In this document: positions 47,817 to 56,662 of the stretch, one piece after another | How positions within the stretch are numbered: position 1 is the first letter of the stretch | Layout of the letters: every line of letters begins with the position of its first letter | Virus record (IMG/VR): IMGVR_UViG_3300020045_018276 | Coordinates: 6,491-70,490 of that record | DNA: 64,000 bases | DNA from: a virus | Lineage: Duplodnaviria; Caudoviricetes | Reading direction: 5' to 3' (one strand) | Translations under genes and position numbers: made by a program | Notes under the pieces: model-generated | What the model saw: the letters and a program-made list of their open reading frames with translations, nothing else | Database searches by the model: none | What the model was told of the DNA's origin: nothing

Positions 47817-47960
47817 TCAATTTTTTAAAAAGATTCTTACTATTTCATCCCATTGCCAATAACCAATAATTATTAATGCTGAGATTATTACTACGCACCG
47901 GAAAATGATATTTATCGTTCTTGGACTCCAATCGTTTCGGTCTTCGTTGTAGGTGCTCAT
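47817..47960 (-). CDS. small single-TM protein (47 aa)
   Basis: manual translation MSTYNEDRNDWSPRTINIIFRCVVIISALIIIGYWQWDEIVRIFLKN; ATGA coupling. Confidence 0.55.
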   Translation of the reverse strand: MSTYNEDRNDWSPRTINIIFRCVVIISALIIIGYWQWDEIVRIFLKN

Positions 47961-48259
47961 CGGTCAAGATATTCACGTTCGAGTATTTCTTCCTTAATTG
48001 CTTCTTCTGATTTGTGCCATTCGGAGATTTCAGCGAGAAGTTCTTCTGCAAAAGATTTTTCTAATGCCCTGAACCTCCAAGGCCAATAACCGCCATCACT
48101 ATTATTAATGCCTTCAAGATAAATGGCGTCTTTGAAATAAGGGTTAAAGAATCCCGAGACAATATATTCGCTGTCTTTTTTTACCATTACTCCGCTAATT
48201 ACAGTTTGATTCGAGTCATCAACACAAACCACTTTCTGTCCTATTTTAAAATTGCTCAT
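47957..48259 (-). CDS. hypothetical protein (SH3-like, FKIGQKVVCVD)
   Basis: common small phage protein start motif. Confidence 0.55.
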   Translation of the reverse strand: MSNFKIGQKVVCVDDSNQTVISGVMVKKDSEYIVSGFFNPYFKDAIYLEGINNSDGGYWPWRFRALEKSFAEELLAEISEWHKSEEAIKEEILEREYLDR

Positions 48260-48271
48260 ATCTGATTGATT

Positions 48272-49009
48272 TTATTGGTTGGTGAATTGAATTTTTTGAA
48301 CCGGCGCCTGTATTACGCCCATCGTTTTAGCGATGTAGCCAAGTCCTTTTTGAGTAACAAGCGTCTGCATGGAGATTTTCTCATTCCCTGCGCCGTTACG
48401 CCACTTCTTTTCTTTGATTTTGAAATAGCCGCGGTCGATGAATTCCTGCCTCGGCTCGTTGGTAGTTTTGAATAGAACGCCCTTTTCCCGTAATGTTTTG
48501 AAAAGGTTGTTCCGGCCAACAGGGAGATTCAATATTTTAGCAACCTGACCCATCGTAATAAGGTCATCGGATTTAAAAACCAAGTCGACGAATTCAGATC
48601 GTGGCCTCAATTTTGTATTCTCAGCAAGCAATAATTCATTTTTATTAAGCAAGTCCAAATTAAGAATCAACGACTCTTTTAATGTGATTTGTTTAGGCGC
48701 CGAAGACTCCCTTAAAGCCTTTTCACATTCAATAAGGTATTTTCTAATATTGCGGCCTTCTTCACTTCTTTGCAGCATAGAAATCTCTTTTGCTGTATCA
48801 GTAGTCAAAGCATAATCTTGAAGGTGTTGATTTGCAAGGGTGTTAAAAGTTTTACACCCTACGTAATCCCTATCTTCTTCAAAGCCGTATTGCAGTTGAC
48901 GATTAAACCAACTCTGGAATCTTTCCGATACATTTAGCGCGGAATGCAATTCCCTTGCAGAAACTACTTGATTTCCGTCCTGTTCTGTGATTTTGATTAG
49001 CTGGTTCAT
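48272..49009 (-). CDS. antirepressor (AntA N-terminal + KilAC/ANT C-terminal domain)
   Basis: VSARELHSAL, DYALTTDTAKEISMLQ, GRNNLFKTLRE, QTLVTQKG. Confidence 0.9.
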   Translation of the reverse strand: MNQLIKITEQDGNQVVSARELHSALNVSERFQSWFNRQLQYGFEEDRDYVGCKTFNTLANQHLQDYALTTDTAKEISMLQRSEEGRNIRKYLIECEKALRESSAPKQITLKESLILNLDLLNKNELLLAENTKLRPRSEFVDLVFKSDDLITMGQVAKILNLPVGRNNLFKTLREKGVLFKTTNEPRQEFIDRGYFKIKEKKWRNGAGNEKISMQTLVTQKGLGYIAKTMGVIQAPVQKIQFTNQ

Positions 49010-49215
49010 ATCGTTACTTCTTTAAAATTAGGCACATCTGCCTGTAAGCTTTCCGCATACGCCTTAACTGCAGCATAGTCAAACCAAACCTTTCTGCCTT
49101 TGCTTTTCAATGGAGTCAATTTTGGGTGATGAACGGCGTAAAATACTGACCTTGAGCAGCCACATAGTTTAATTGCGCTTTCGGTCGATACCACTTCTCT
49201 TTGCTCTTTAGCCAT
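49006..49215 (-). CDS. small HTH protein (Cro-position)
   Basis: AIKLCGCSRSVFY HTH; divergent from the CI-like gene. Confidence 0.6.
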   Translation of the reverse strand: MAKEQREVVSTESAIKLCGCSRSVFYAVHHPKLTPLKSKGRKVWFDYAAVKAYAESLQADVPNFKEVTI

Positions 49216-49400
49216 GTTTTTTTGTATTTAATCGAAAATAATGTTAGAAATTCAATCTTAATAGGATTATGTTGTACTTTAGCGGACAGTACTATATTTC
49301 AACAATGCGAATATAAGGACAAAATAGGACAACTTGTATCGTTTCGTCCACAATTTTATCTTTTTGTCCGTTATTTATATTTATTCTAATTAATTTTTAT

Positions 49401-50219
49401 ATGGAAACAATTGCAGAAAGGTTGCAATATGCCCGAAAACAAAAGGGATTGTCGTTTAAGAATCTTGGCGAGATGGTTGGTGTTAGCGGGGATGCTATCA
49501 GAAAGGCAATCGATAGAAATTCAATAAAAGCATATCATTTAAATATTATATCTGAAAAACTAGGCCTTTCAAAGGAATGGCTTGAACACGGAACTGGCGA
49601 TATGCACGGCAGAAAACCCAACGACATCAATTCCGTCATCGACTACTTCAAATCACAACCACAGCCGAATGACCTAAAAGTAAAGGACCCGTTGGAAATG
49701 GATTATTCCGATAAGGACGTAAATCAGCATCTAAAAGTAGGAGTGGATCAATACGTTATGATCATGCCGTTACTCGGTTATTCTGCGCAGGCAAGTTTCC
49801 CGGATCACTTTCAAGATGCAGAATTTATTGGTGACCTCGAAAAGCACAGTATCGTCGTGAATCAAAAGGCGCCGCCGCAGGGAAGATATTTTGCGTTTAG
49901 GGTAAAAGGCAATAGTATGGATAACGGTGTTGCTGGGGAAGCTATTCAGCAGGGAAACATTGTGACAGGCCGGGAACTGCAGCAGCACCATTGGAAGAAT
50001 AAACTGCATTTGAATAAATTTAAGAACTGGGTTATTTACACGACGAAAAGCTCAATGCCGCTTGTGAAGGAAATTATCAGCCACGATGTGGAGAGTGGAA
50101 TAATCAGATGTCGATCATTAAATACCGCGCCGGAATACCAAGATTTTGACCTGTCGCTGAATGATGTGACAGGTCTTTTTAATATCGTAAATGTAAGTTG
50201 GAAACCAATTGACGGATAA
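49401..50219 (+). CDS. CI-like repressor (XRE HTH + S24 peptidase domain)
   Basis: RLQYARKQKGLSFKNLGEMVGVS; AQAS cleavage-site region; FRVKGNSM; LVKEI. Confidence 0.9.
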   Translation: METIAERLQYARKQKGLSFKNLGEMVGVSGDAIRKAIDRNSIKAYHLNIISEKLGLSKEWLEHGTGDMHGRKPNDINSVIDYFKSQPQPNDLKVKDPLEMDYSDKDVNQHLKVGVDQYVMIMPLLGYSAQASFPDHFQDAEFIGDLEKHSIVVNQKAPPQGRYFAFRVKGNSMDNGVAGEAIQQGNIVTGRELQQHHWKNKLHLNKFKNWVIYTTKSSMPLVKEIISHDVESGIIRCRSLNTAPEYQDFDLSLNDVTGLFNIVNVSWKPIDG

Positions 50220-50235
50220 TCTTAAAATATAAACT

Positions 50236-50679
50236 ATGAAAAAATTACTACTTTTTATCGCCGCGATTGCAGTTCTTTCATGCTCAAAATCCGACGACGA
50301 CCAAAATTACAACGTGCCGGCCACAACGATTTATGGAACCTGGAATCTTATATCGATGGAAAATTATGGCTCGACAACAAATGTTGCGTCGGATTGCCAG
50401 TTAGAGCATGGTAAATTCAATTTTAAAAGTGATAATTCAGTTGACGAGTCAATCGGGTACGTCACTAATGATATATGCTATACAGGCACGTATGACAGGG
50501 ACTCGTTTACTTTCGCAAACAACGTCGTCGAGATTAAGGATGACGGATTTACTTTCAAATATAAAGCCTCGATATCTTCAAATATACTTTTACTAACGAA
50601 ATTCTACACTAAATCACCGAGCGGAAACATCACTTCTATAAATGAAAGTGAGCAGGTTGTTTTGAAGTTTGTGAAGTAA
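50236..50679 (+). CDS. surface lipoprotein (lipocalin-like)
   Basis: lipobox AVLS|C followed by SKSDDD; IYGTWNLIS. Confidence 0.75.
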   Translation: MKKLLLFIAAIAVLSCSKSDDDQNYNVPATTIYGTWNLISMENYGSTTNVASDCQLEHGKFNFKSDNSVDESIGYVTNDICYTGTYDRDSFTFANNVVEIKDDGFTFKYKASISSNILLLTKFYTKSPSGNITSINESEQVVLKFVK

Positions 50680-50705
50680 AAAGATTTCGTATCTTTAAAA
50701 TAAAA

Positions 50706-50981
50706 ATGACACCTACCGTATACGGAATCTTTGAAATTCCAATCCATAAATACACAGGCAACACTATCTCGGATTTTCAATTCGCCAAGTTCCGTCAATG
50801 GAATTATCTTGACTTGGAATCCAAGCAATCTCCTTATGAGCCGAAGCCCGAGCATCGATTGATCCGTGTTGAATTCGACGAGCCGAAATTGCTGCCTTTT
50901 CATACCGGTAAGGAATTCGTGAAATTCGCCAAGTCGAAAATAAAAAACAATCCCGACGAGATTTCCGTTAAATATCTATGA
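50706..50981 (+). CDS. hypothetical protein
   Basis: 91-aa ORF, TATCTTTA box upstream. Confidence 0.5.
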   Translation: MTPTVYGIFEIPIHKYTGNTISDFQFAKFRQWNYLDLESKQSPYEPKPEHRLIRVEFDEPKLLPFHTGKEFVKFAKSKIKNNPDEISVKYL

Positions 50982-51310
50982 AGACTCCACCTCCGTTTAC
51001 AGATTACCTTATTTCAGGCGTGTGGATGGATTATAAAGGTCAGGTTTCGCATTACGCCGTTCACCAGCATTTGAATCCTGGTGTTTCGGGTGCGGTAAAA
51101 TACTCAAGGGAAGAAACGATTAATCTTGTAGAAACTTCGGTAAAGCCTTTTCACGTTTGGGGATGGGATTACAAGACTGGCCGATTTCTTAAAGGTGAGA
51201 AGATTATTATTTATGAAGGCCGAAACGGTAAATTACTTTGGACGGCTAAAATGGAAGACAAGAAAAAAGATTTGAAGCATTTGATAAATTTGGATTGGTT
51301 TAATATGTGA
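50978..51310 (+). CDS. DUF3892-like protein
   Basis: YLISGVW...SHYAVH, NLDW C-terminus resembling DUF3892. Confidence 0.55.
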   Translation: MKTPPPFTDYLISGVWMDYKGQVSHYAVHQHLNPGVSGAVKYSREETINLVETSVKPFHVWGWDYKTGRFLKGEKIIIYEGRNGKLLWTAKMEDKKKDLKHLINLDWFNM

Positions 51311-51400
51311 AGTAGAAGTTTGCAGTAGTGAATATCCTCTGGGCCGAAAAGTGGTCAAATTCGACTACTTTAAATATAAAATCCCTGTGAAAACAACACT

Positions 51401-52030
51401 TCACACGATGGCCGCTCCGGGCAGATCAACATGAGCCCAAAACCTGTTAAATTCACAATTCCAATCAATCACATTTGCCTTGTATTTCGGCGGAGATTCT
51501 TTCGGGAACGCATCAACAAAATTCAGGTTATGAAAACGAAGAAAGTTGTTCGGGTACGCGGCGAAGAATCCATTTACGAGCTTGATGATATTAAACGATT
51601 TACTGTCCGTGTCATTCGCATAACCGACTTTCAATGAATTCGCGTCGGCGTAGTAATCATCGATCGTGAAAAGATATGTCCCGCGCATCCATTGTTTATT
51701 TCGGTTGTAGCAGTCAACGGTATATCCTTCTAGGTAGGAGTAGGTTATTACCTCTGCGGAACTGGATTGCATATTCCAGTACTGTAAAATCGAAAGAAGT
51801 TCCTTTTCCGACGTGGCCGGACTGATAAAATCCTTCCTGTGGACGAGTGAATGTATCGGAAGATTTTGGAAAACCGCCCCGTTATTCAACTGTACGATGA
51901 AAGTAAGCGGCTTGTTTATTAGCGTCTTCACTCCGAACGCATAGCACGGTGTCAAATCCTTGTTGTCGAAATCCGAGAACAGGAACGCGTCTCTTACGAA
52001 GCATTCTATGTATGGGATGTTTTTGTTCAT
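51401..52030 (-). CDS. conserved phage protein of unknown function
   Basis: NIPYIECFVR, NGAVFQNLPIHSL, YLFTIDD, GFFAAYPNN, a motif set widespread in phages. Confidence 0.65.
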   Translation of the reverse strand: MNKNIPYIECFVRDAFLFSDFDNKDLTPCYAFGVKTLINKPLTFIVQLNNGAVFQNLPIHSLVHRKDFISPATSEKELLSILQYWNMQSSSAEVITYSYLEGYTVDCYNRNKQWMRGTYLFTIDDYYADANSLKVGYANDTDSKSFNIIKLVNGFFAAYPNNFLRFHNLNFVDAFPKESPPKYKANVIDWNCEFNRFWAHVDLPGAAIV

Positions 52031-52037
52031 TGTTTAT

Positions 52038-52301
52038 TTAGTGATGTGGTTGCTTGCTTTCCGTCCAAATTTTTTCATTGTAAGTCGCAATTTTAAATTT
52101 GTGCCTCTTGTTAAAGTCTTGGAGGTCTTTATTTCCCAAATCGCATCTTTTACAGTAACAGCCAATAATTTTGATTCCTGATCGATTCTTGTCGTGATTA
52201 AAGAAAACTGGCACGAACTTATGACCGAAAATTTTACATCTATTTTTAATAAGATGTTGGATGGCTAAGCATAATTCTGAGGTTGCGTTATATATCGTCA
52301 T
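52038..52301 (-). CDS. hypothetical protein (CKIFGH...CKRC)
   Basis: Cys/His motif. Confidence 0.5.
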   Translation of the reverse strand: MTIYNATSELCLAIQHLIKNRCKIFGHKFVPVFFNHDKNRSGIKIIGCYCKRCDLGNKDLQDFNKRHKFKIATYNEKIWTESKQPHH

Positions 52302-52347
52302 TACAATAAATTAAGCTGATTAGGTATTTCAATATCATCTTTCGATT

Positions 52348-52662
52348 TTATCGCGAATATTCCAAATAATAGTTTTCGTCCTCTTGCAGAATTTCCATCA
52401 TATTTCTGACGTAATGTCTTTCGCTTGGGTTTTCTAAAGAGTCAGCCCACTCATAAGCCTTGTCGAAATCAATCGGACGATAATAAGCAGTCCAATCACC
52501 GTACTTTCCGCTTGAAAGTTCCAGCATCGGCACATAATCGGATATTTGATGTCTTATAGAAACTCGGTAATCGTTCCATTTTGGATGTTTTACGGTAGAG
52601 GCTTTCAAATATCCTTCATCGTCCTTTCCTAGGTATTTTACCAAAAATATATCTAACCCCAT
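52348..52662 (-). CDS. hypothetical protein (MGLDI start)
   Basis: 104-aa ORF. Confidence 0.55.
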   Translation of the reverse strand: MGLDIFLVKYLGKDDEGYLKASTVKHPKWNDYRVSIRHQISDYVPMLELSSGKYGDWTAYYRPIDFDKAYEWADSLENPSERHYVRNMMEILQEDENYYLEYSR

Positions 52663-52665
52663 GTT

Positions 52666-52845
52666 TTAAAATTTATCAGTTCTAAAATCGCCCCAAGACT
52701 CTTTAACCTCATAGGCAAACAAGCCAGCAATTCCATAAACATAGTAATTAAATCCGCCTGTATACATACCGTGTGAGCATGATCTTCTTCCGAAGTGTGT
52801 TTTCTTTGCATCTTTGCCAAATACTAGTCGCCTAATTGTTGTCAT
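52666..52845 (-). CDS. hypothetical protein (59 aa)
   Basis: manual translation MTTIRRLVFGKDAKK...; fills the operon gap. Confidence 0.45.
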   Translation of the reverse strand: MTTIRRLVFGKDAKKTHFGRRSCSHGMYTGGFNYYVYGIAGLFAYEVKESWGDFRTDKF

Positions 52846-52855
52846 AGTGAATACT

Positions 52856-53074
52856 TTAAATGTTGGTAAGTTCTTCTCGTTTTTTATCGTAGTCTTTCAT
52901 TGCTTCATCTAATAAGATATCCGGATGAAATGATTCCCGACAATATGGACATTTCTCAAGTTCACCGTTTCCTACAAATGTCGCGCTTCGATATCTGGGC
53001 ATAGTATTTATGCGCCTTCCTTTGCACGAACGGCATCCGCATAAAGAATGTTTTTTACAGTTTGGACAAGTCAT
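52856..53074 (-). CDS. Cys-rich Zn-binding small protein
   Basis: CPNC..HSLCGCRSC...CPYC. Confidence 0.55.
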   Translation of the reverse strand: MTCPNCKKHSLCGCRSCKGRRINTMPRYRSATFVGNGELEKCPYCRESFHPDILLDEAMKDYDKKREELTNI

Positions 53075-53094
53075 ACAATTATCTTTTAGAGATT

Positions 53095-53118
53095 AAAAAA
53101 ACCGACTTAACGTATCGG
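53095..53118 (-). terminator. possible intrinsic terminator
   Basis: CCGATACGTTAAGTCGG + T7 on the minus strand. Confidence 0.5.
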
Positions 53119-53214
53119 AGATTGAGTTAACGCGAGAATTTTATTTCTTAATTCTGCAACAACGAACAGTTTTAACCAACCGTGCTAGCATACGGTTACT
53201 GATAAAGGGTCTTT

Positions 53215-53484
53215 TTACTCGTTACATAGAAAAACCGTTCCTTTTGGAGATATATTACAATCAGCAACAACTTCTTCCCAAGTATCAGGATATTCGTTCT
53301 TAATTTCTTCCAAAGTACCGTAAGGCTCGGTATGCTCAAAGTATTGGTCTTCTTTTTGAACCTGTGCTGATTCTACCTTAATAGCGGAATCTTCGACCAG
53401 TGCCAAATAAACCTCTTGTTGTAATTGTTCTTCTGTTAACGAATCGCAAAAAGATTTTAAGTCATTGTAATTTGTGATTTTCAT
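53215..53484 (-). CDS. hypothetical protein (acidic)
   Basis: 89-aa ORF. Confidence 0.5.
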   Translation of the reverse strand: MKITNYNDLKSFCDSLTEEQLQQEVYLALVEDSAIKVESAQVQKEDQYFEHTEPYGTLEEIKNEYPDTWEEVVADCNISPKGTVFLCNE

Positions 53485-53566
53485 AATTTCTAATTTTAAT
53501 GTTTATTAATAAATTGATTATATTATATAGTTAGTATTGTATATATTTTATTGCTTTAGAAGGTTT

Positions 53567-54121
53567 TTAGGCTTGGACAACTAAATTTTTCTTCTCGCTT
53601 AGTTTTTGCTGTATCGCTAACTCAAGCCTGCCCCTAATGGTAAACCATTCGCCGTGCGTCTTATATTGAATGTATTTACGGTGTAATCTTTTCTCTGTTC
53701 TCATATCGCCTTCAAAACTCAAAATCAATTCAAGAGGATGCGGACAACTTGTTTGGATTTCAGATATGCGCCGTTCAGGATTTTTACTAAAACCGATTTT
53801 ACAGATATTTTTAGTCAGGCTCCCGATAACATACACAAATCCTTTGTCTGATTCTTTAATCTTATTCTGCCGCATTTTAGCATACTGTATTTCCGGATGG
53901 ATAGAAAACAATTCCTCGTATTTCGGGTACAATTTTTTTTTACTCGTAGATGAAATATTCTTTCCGTCGATTTTGTAAAAGCCGCGAGATTTCAGAACAT
54001 TGATCACCCATCGGCGGCATTTTTTGTTTTCGCTAAGAGTCAACAATGATTTCATATTGTAAAGTTTTATGTATAGCGTAACCTTTATGTTGCATTTCAA
54101 CCAAGCCTCCTTTTGACTCAA
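53567..54121 (-). CDS. T5orf172/MUG113 GIY-YIG-family protein
   Basis: GFVYVIG...KIGFSKNPERRISEIQTSCP...EKRLH...GEWF; the real start may be about 54055. Confidence 0.85.
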   Translation of the reverse strand: MSQKEAWLKCNIKVTLYIKLYNMKSLLTLSENKKCRRWVINVLKSRGFYKIDGKNISSTSKKKLYPKYEELFSIHPEIQYAKMRQNKIKESDKGFVYVIGSLTKNICKIGFSKNPERRISEIQTSCPHPLELILSFEGDMRTEKRLHRKYIQYKTHGEWFTIRGRLELAIQQKLSEKKNLVVQA

Positions 54122-54418
54122 TTAAGCAACATTTATAAATCACCCTCATTTATAATTTATCAAGCAATATCTGTACTTCCGAGCTGCAACCAATTTCTTA
54201 TTTACTTCTCCTTTCGGAATGGCTTTTTCGTTCAGTCAATTCATTTTACTCTTTCGAGAATGCAACACTCGTTGTCAGGTTTACGACATTGCGAGATTTT
54301 TTATTTTTGACCGCAGATATTACTTTTTGGATTACTCCGCCGACTACTACCAAATTACTTCGATATACGGTTCTTGTTTTTGCAGTTCAAGAGTATACAA
54401 CTTGTTTGGATTTGCCCT

Positions 54419-54543
54419 AAAAAGAAAAATCCCTCAATAAGCGGCTTCCGGGGCTTAATGAGGGTTGTCTTTTCTAATCGTTGTTTCGGTTCGTCCAGAC
54501 AATCAAGTCCAGTGGAAGCCGTAACATGATTACAGCAAATATA
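54419..54543 (-). promoter_or_regulatory. promoter + leader with terminator/anti-terminator
   Basis: -7 box TATATTTG 54536-54543; hairpin 54431-54464 + U-tract; loop GGAAGCCG complementary to leader CGGCTTCC (54514-54521). Confidence 0.65.
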
Positions 54544-54550
54544 AAAACTA

Positions 54551-54590
54551 TTTTACAATAAAATACACGAAATTACAAATTTTTACAAAT
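54551..54590. repeat. 10-bp phased TACA array
   Basis: TACA at 54554, 54564, 54574, 54584. Confidence 0.8.
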
Positions 54591-55012
54591 TATTTTTTGA
54601 GGATGGATAACATTTCGCTAAACATTTCCTTTAAATCGTTTTGATTAGCTTCAATTCTCGCCAGTCGGTTCGGTACATCTTTAAGGTTAAGTATTGTAAA
54701 TTGATCCTTTAAAGTAACGAGTCCGCTTTTATCGATTTCGGTCCCGTCGGATAAGACAGAACCCATTCCTGTACGTAAGAATTGCTCATTTATCTGCGGC
54801 ACGTTATTCCTGAACCTGAAAATCATATCCTCGCTTAAAGGATGGTAGCCTGTCTTGATATTTGCGACGGTAGCTGGGCTTTTATATCCCAGTTGCTTCG
54901 ATAATTTACTTGTGGTAGTAGCGAGCGCCACCAAAACCTTGTTAATGATTTCTGTATCGGGTATGGCCTTTTTCGGCGGCTCGGCTTTGTTGTATTTCTT
55001 TTTTTCACTCAT
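54590..55012 (-). CDS. XRE/CI-like HTH protein (paralog 2)
   Basis: SKLSKQLGYKSPATVANIKTG...PQINEQFLRTGMG. Confidence 0.7.
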   Translation of the reverse strand: MSEKKKYNKAEPPKKAIPDTEIINKVLVALATTTSKLSKQLGYKSPATVANIKTGYHPLSEDMIFRFRNNVPQINEQFLRTGMGSVLSDGTEIDKSGLVTLKDQFTILNLKDVPNRLARIEANQNDLKEMFSEMLSILKK

Positions 55013-55013
55013 T

Positions 55014-55358
55014 TTATTTCTGTATTAACGTTATCAGCATTTCTTCAATGCGGTTCAATTGGTCTTTTATCTCCCGGACTTCCTCAATTTCAAAAGTCAC
55101 GGGTTTGTGGATTATCGGTAACTTGCCTGATTTTAAATATTCCTGGTTCACTTGCGGAAGATACAGGCTGAAACGGTTTATCATATCGCCTGTAATGGCT
55201 CCGGTGCCGTAAAATATGTTGTAGATGCCTGCATGGCTTTTCGTTTGCAATGTGGCAGCGAGTTTGTGTTTTGTCATTTTCAGTTCCTTAGCGACATTTG
55301 TGATAATCTCGCTGTCTAAAAGTTTGCTGCCTTCGCGGGGTGATGTGATTTTACTCAT
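55014..55358 (-). CDS. XRE/CI-like HTH protein (paralog 1)
   Basis: HKLAATLQTKSHAGIYNIFYG...PQVNQEYLKSGK. Confidence 0.7.
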   Translation of the reverse strand: MSKITSPREGSKLLDSEIITNVAKELKMTKHKLAATLQTKSHAGIYNIFYGTGAITGDMINRFSLYLPQVNQEYLKSGKLPIIHKPVTFEIEEVREIKDQLNRIEEMLITLIQK

Positions 55359-55375
55359 GCTGTTTTAGATTTAAT

Positions 55376-56662
55376 CTATTTTAATTGTTTATCCCAAGCG
55401 GCCTTCAATTCTTTCGCTGCGTCCATATTCGATTGCTGCAAGTAGTTCATCATCATTTCAGTAGTTGACCAGCCGCATATCTCGCAAAGGCTCTTGTTTG
55501 AAATCTTGCCGAAATTATTGGTCGCGAAACTTCTTCGTCCGGTATGCGAGCTTACAAGCTTATATTTCGGGTACAATTTTACGACTTTCCTTTTAACTTT
55601 GGAAATCGGATCGACTTCTGAAATTCCGCCCATCATCATTTCATCGAATTCGAGAACCTGGCAAACCTGTTTTACGCGTTTATTAAACTTTTGGTCGCTG
55701 ATTTTCGACGGTAGTTGTCCGTGACGTTTCAATAATATCGCTTCGACGTGTTTGTGGATTGGAATAACGACATTTGCGCCAGTCTTTTGGGTTTTAATAC
55801 TGATATACCCGTTTGAGAAATTTGACGTGTCCAGTCGCCTGAGAAAGTCACTTACCCGAAGCCCCGTTAAACAGGCAATAGCAAAATTGTCGCGCGCATT
55901 GTCAAGTTCGTCGCTGTAACTGAAATCATATTTCACCATTCGCTCAATCTCATATTCACTAAGGAATGCCTTTTTGAAATTCTCAGGTTCGGTCTGTACG
56001 AAAACCCTTTGCTGGTAATTTTTATTCACGGTAATATTTTCCGACTCGGCACGTGCGCAAAAGAATTTAAACCTGCCAATCATTCTTTTTGAAGTAATCG
56101 CCGCATAACCTTCACTTGCCAAGAACTGGGAGAATTTATCCATCACCTCGACAGTTACGTTCCGGAGCATGATTTTATCCTTTCCCTCGAATTTTTTAAT
56201 AATTTCATTCAGGATTTTATAATGGCCGATGGTTTTCGCATCCATGTACTTTCCGGCTTTCACTTTCCATGTCGGCGCTTTTTCTTTAAGCCAAAAATCC
56301 GCGAATGGAGTCAGGTAAATATCCTTGTCATTATTCTTCAATTTCACTTCATCTTTCGGCCGGTTGAAGAACTTGCTGATTTTTGCAGTGAGCCAGTCGC
56401 CGTTAATAATCTCACCGTTCATATAATCGAGGTTGAACTCGTCGATGATGAAAATTTCAAGCTTGGCCAGGTGCTGGTTAATCTGATCACGATTCTGGCA
56501 GGCGATAACATCACGTACCCTTTGCGTTTTCGGATTCCAATGTTCCCGCATGATTATAAGGTTCGTGGAACGCGTGAAATCTGCGCCTCTGCCTACTGAA
56601 AAGCGAAGGAAGATTTTAACCGGATTCGATTTACCTTGTATGGAGTAGTTTGTGGTTGCCAT
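55376..56662 (-). CDS. int: tyrosine integrase with Bacteroidota arm-binding and SAM-like domains
   Basis: CLTGLRVSD (R), KTQKT (K), SHTGRRSF (HxxR), GWST...YL. Confidence 0.95.
   Translation of the reverse strand: MATTNYSIQGKSNPVKIFLRFSVGRGADFTRSTNLIIMREHWNPKTQRVRDVIACQNRDQINQHLAKLEIFIIDEFNLDYMNGEIINGDWLTAKISKFFNRPKDEVKLKNNDKDIYLTPFADFWLKEKAPTWKVKAGKYMDAKTIGHYKILNEIIKKFEGKDKIMLRNVTVEVMDKFSQFLASEGYAAITSKRMIGRFKFFCARAESENITVNKNYQQRVFVQTEPENFKKAFLSEYEIERMVKYDFSYSDELDNARDNFAIACLTGLRVSDFLRRLDTSNFSNGYISIKTQKTGANVVIPIHKHVEAILLKRHGQLPSKISDQKFNKRVKQVCQVLEFDEMMMGGISEVDPISKVKRKVVKLYPKYKLVSSHTGRRSFATNNFGKISNKSLCEICGWSTTEMMMNYLQQSNMDAAKELKAAWDKQLK

Noticed and set aside
53165-53212. SAM-II riboswitch
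   Set aside because: Fragments such as AACCGTAT and TGATAAA resemble it, but they fall on different strands and the conserved pseudoknot pairings are missing.
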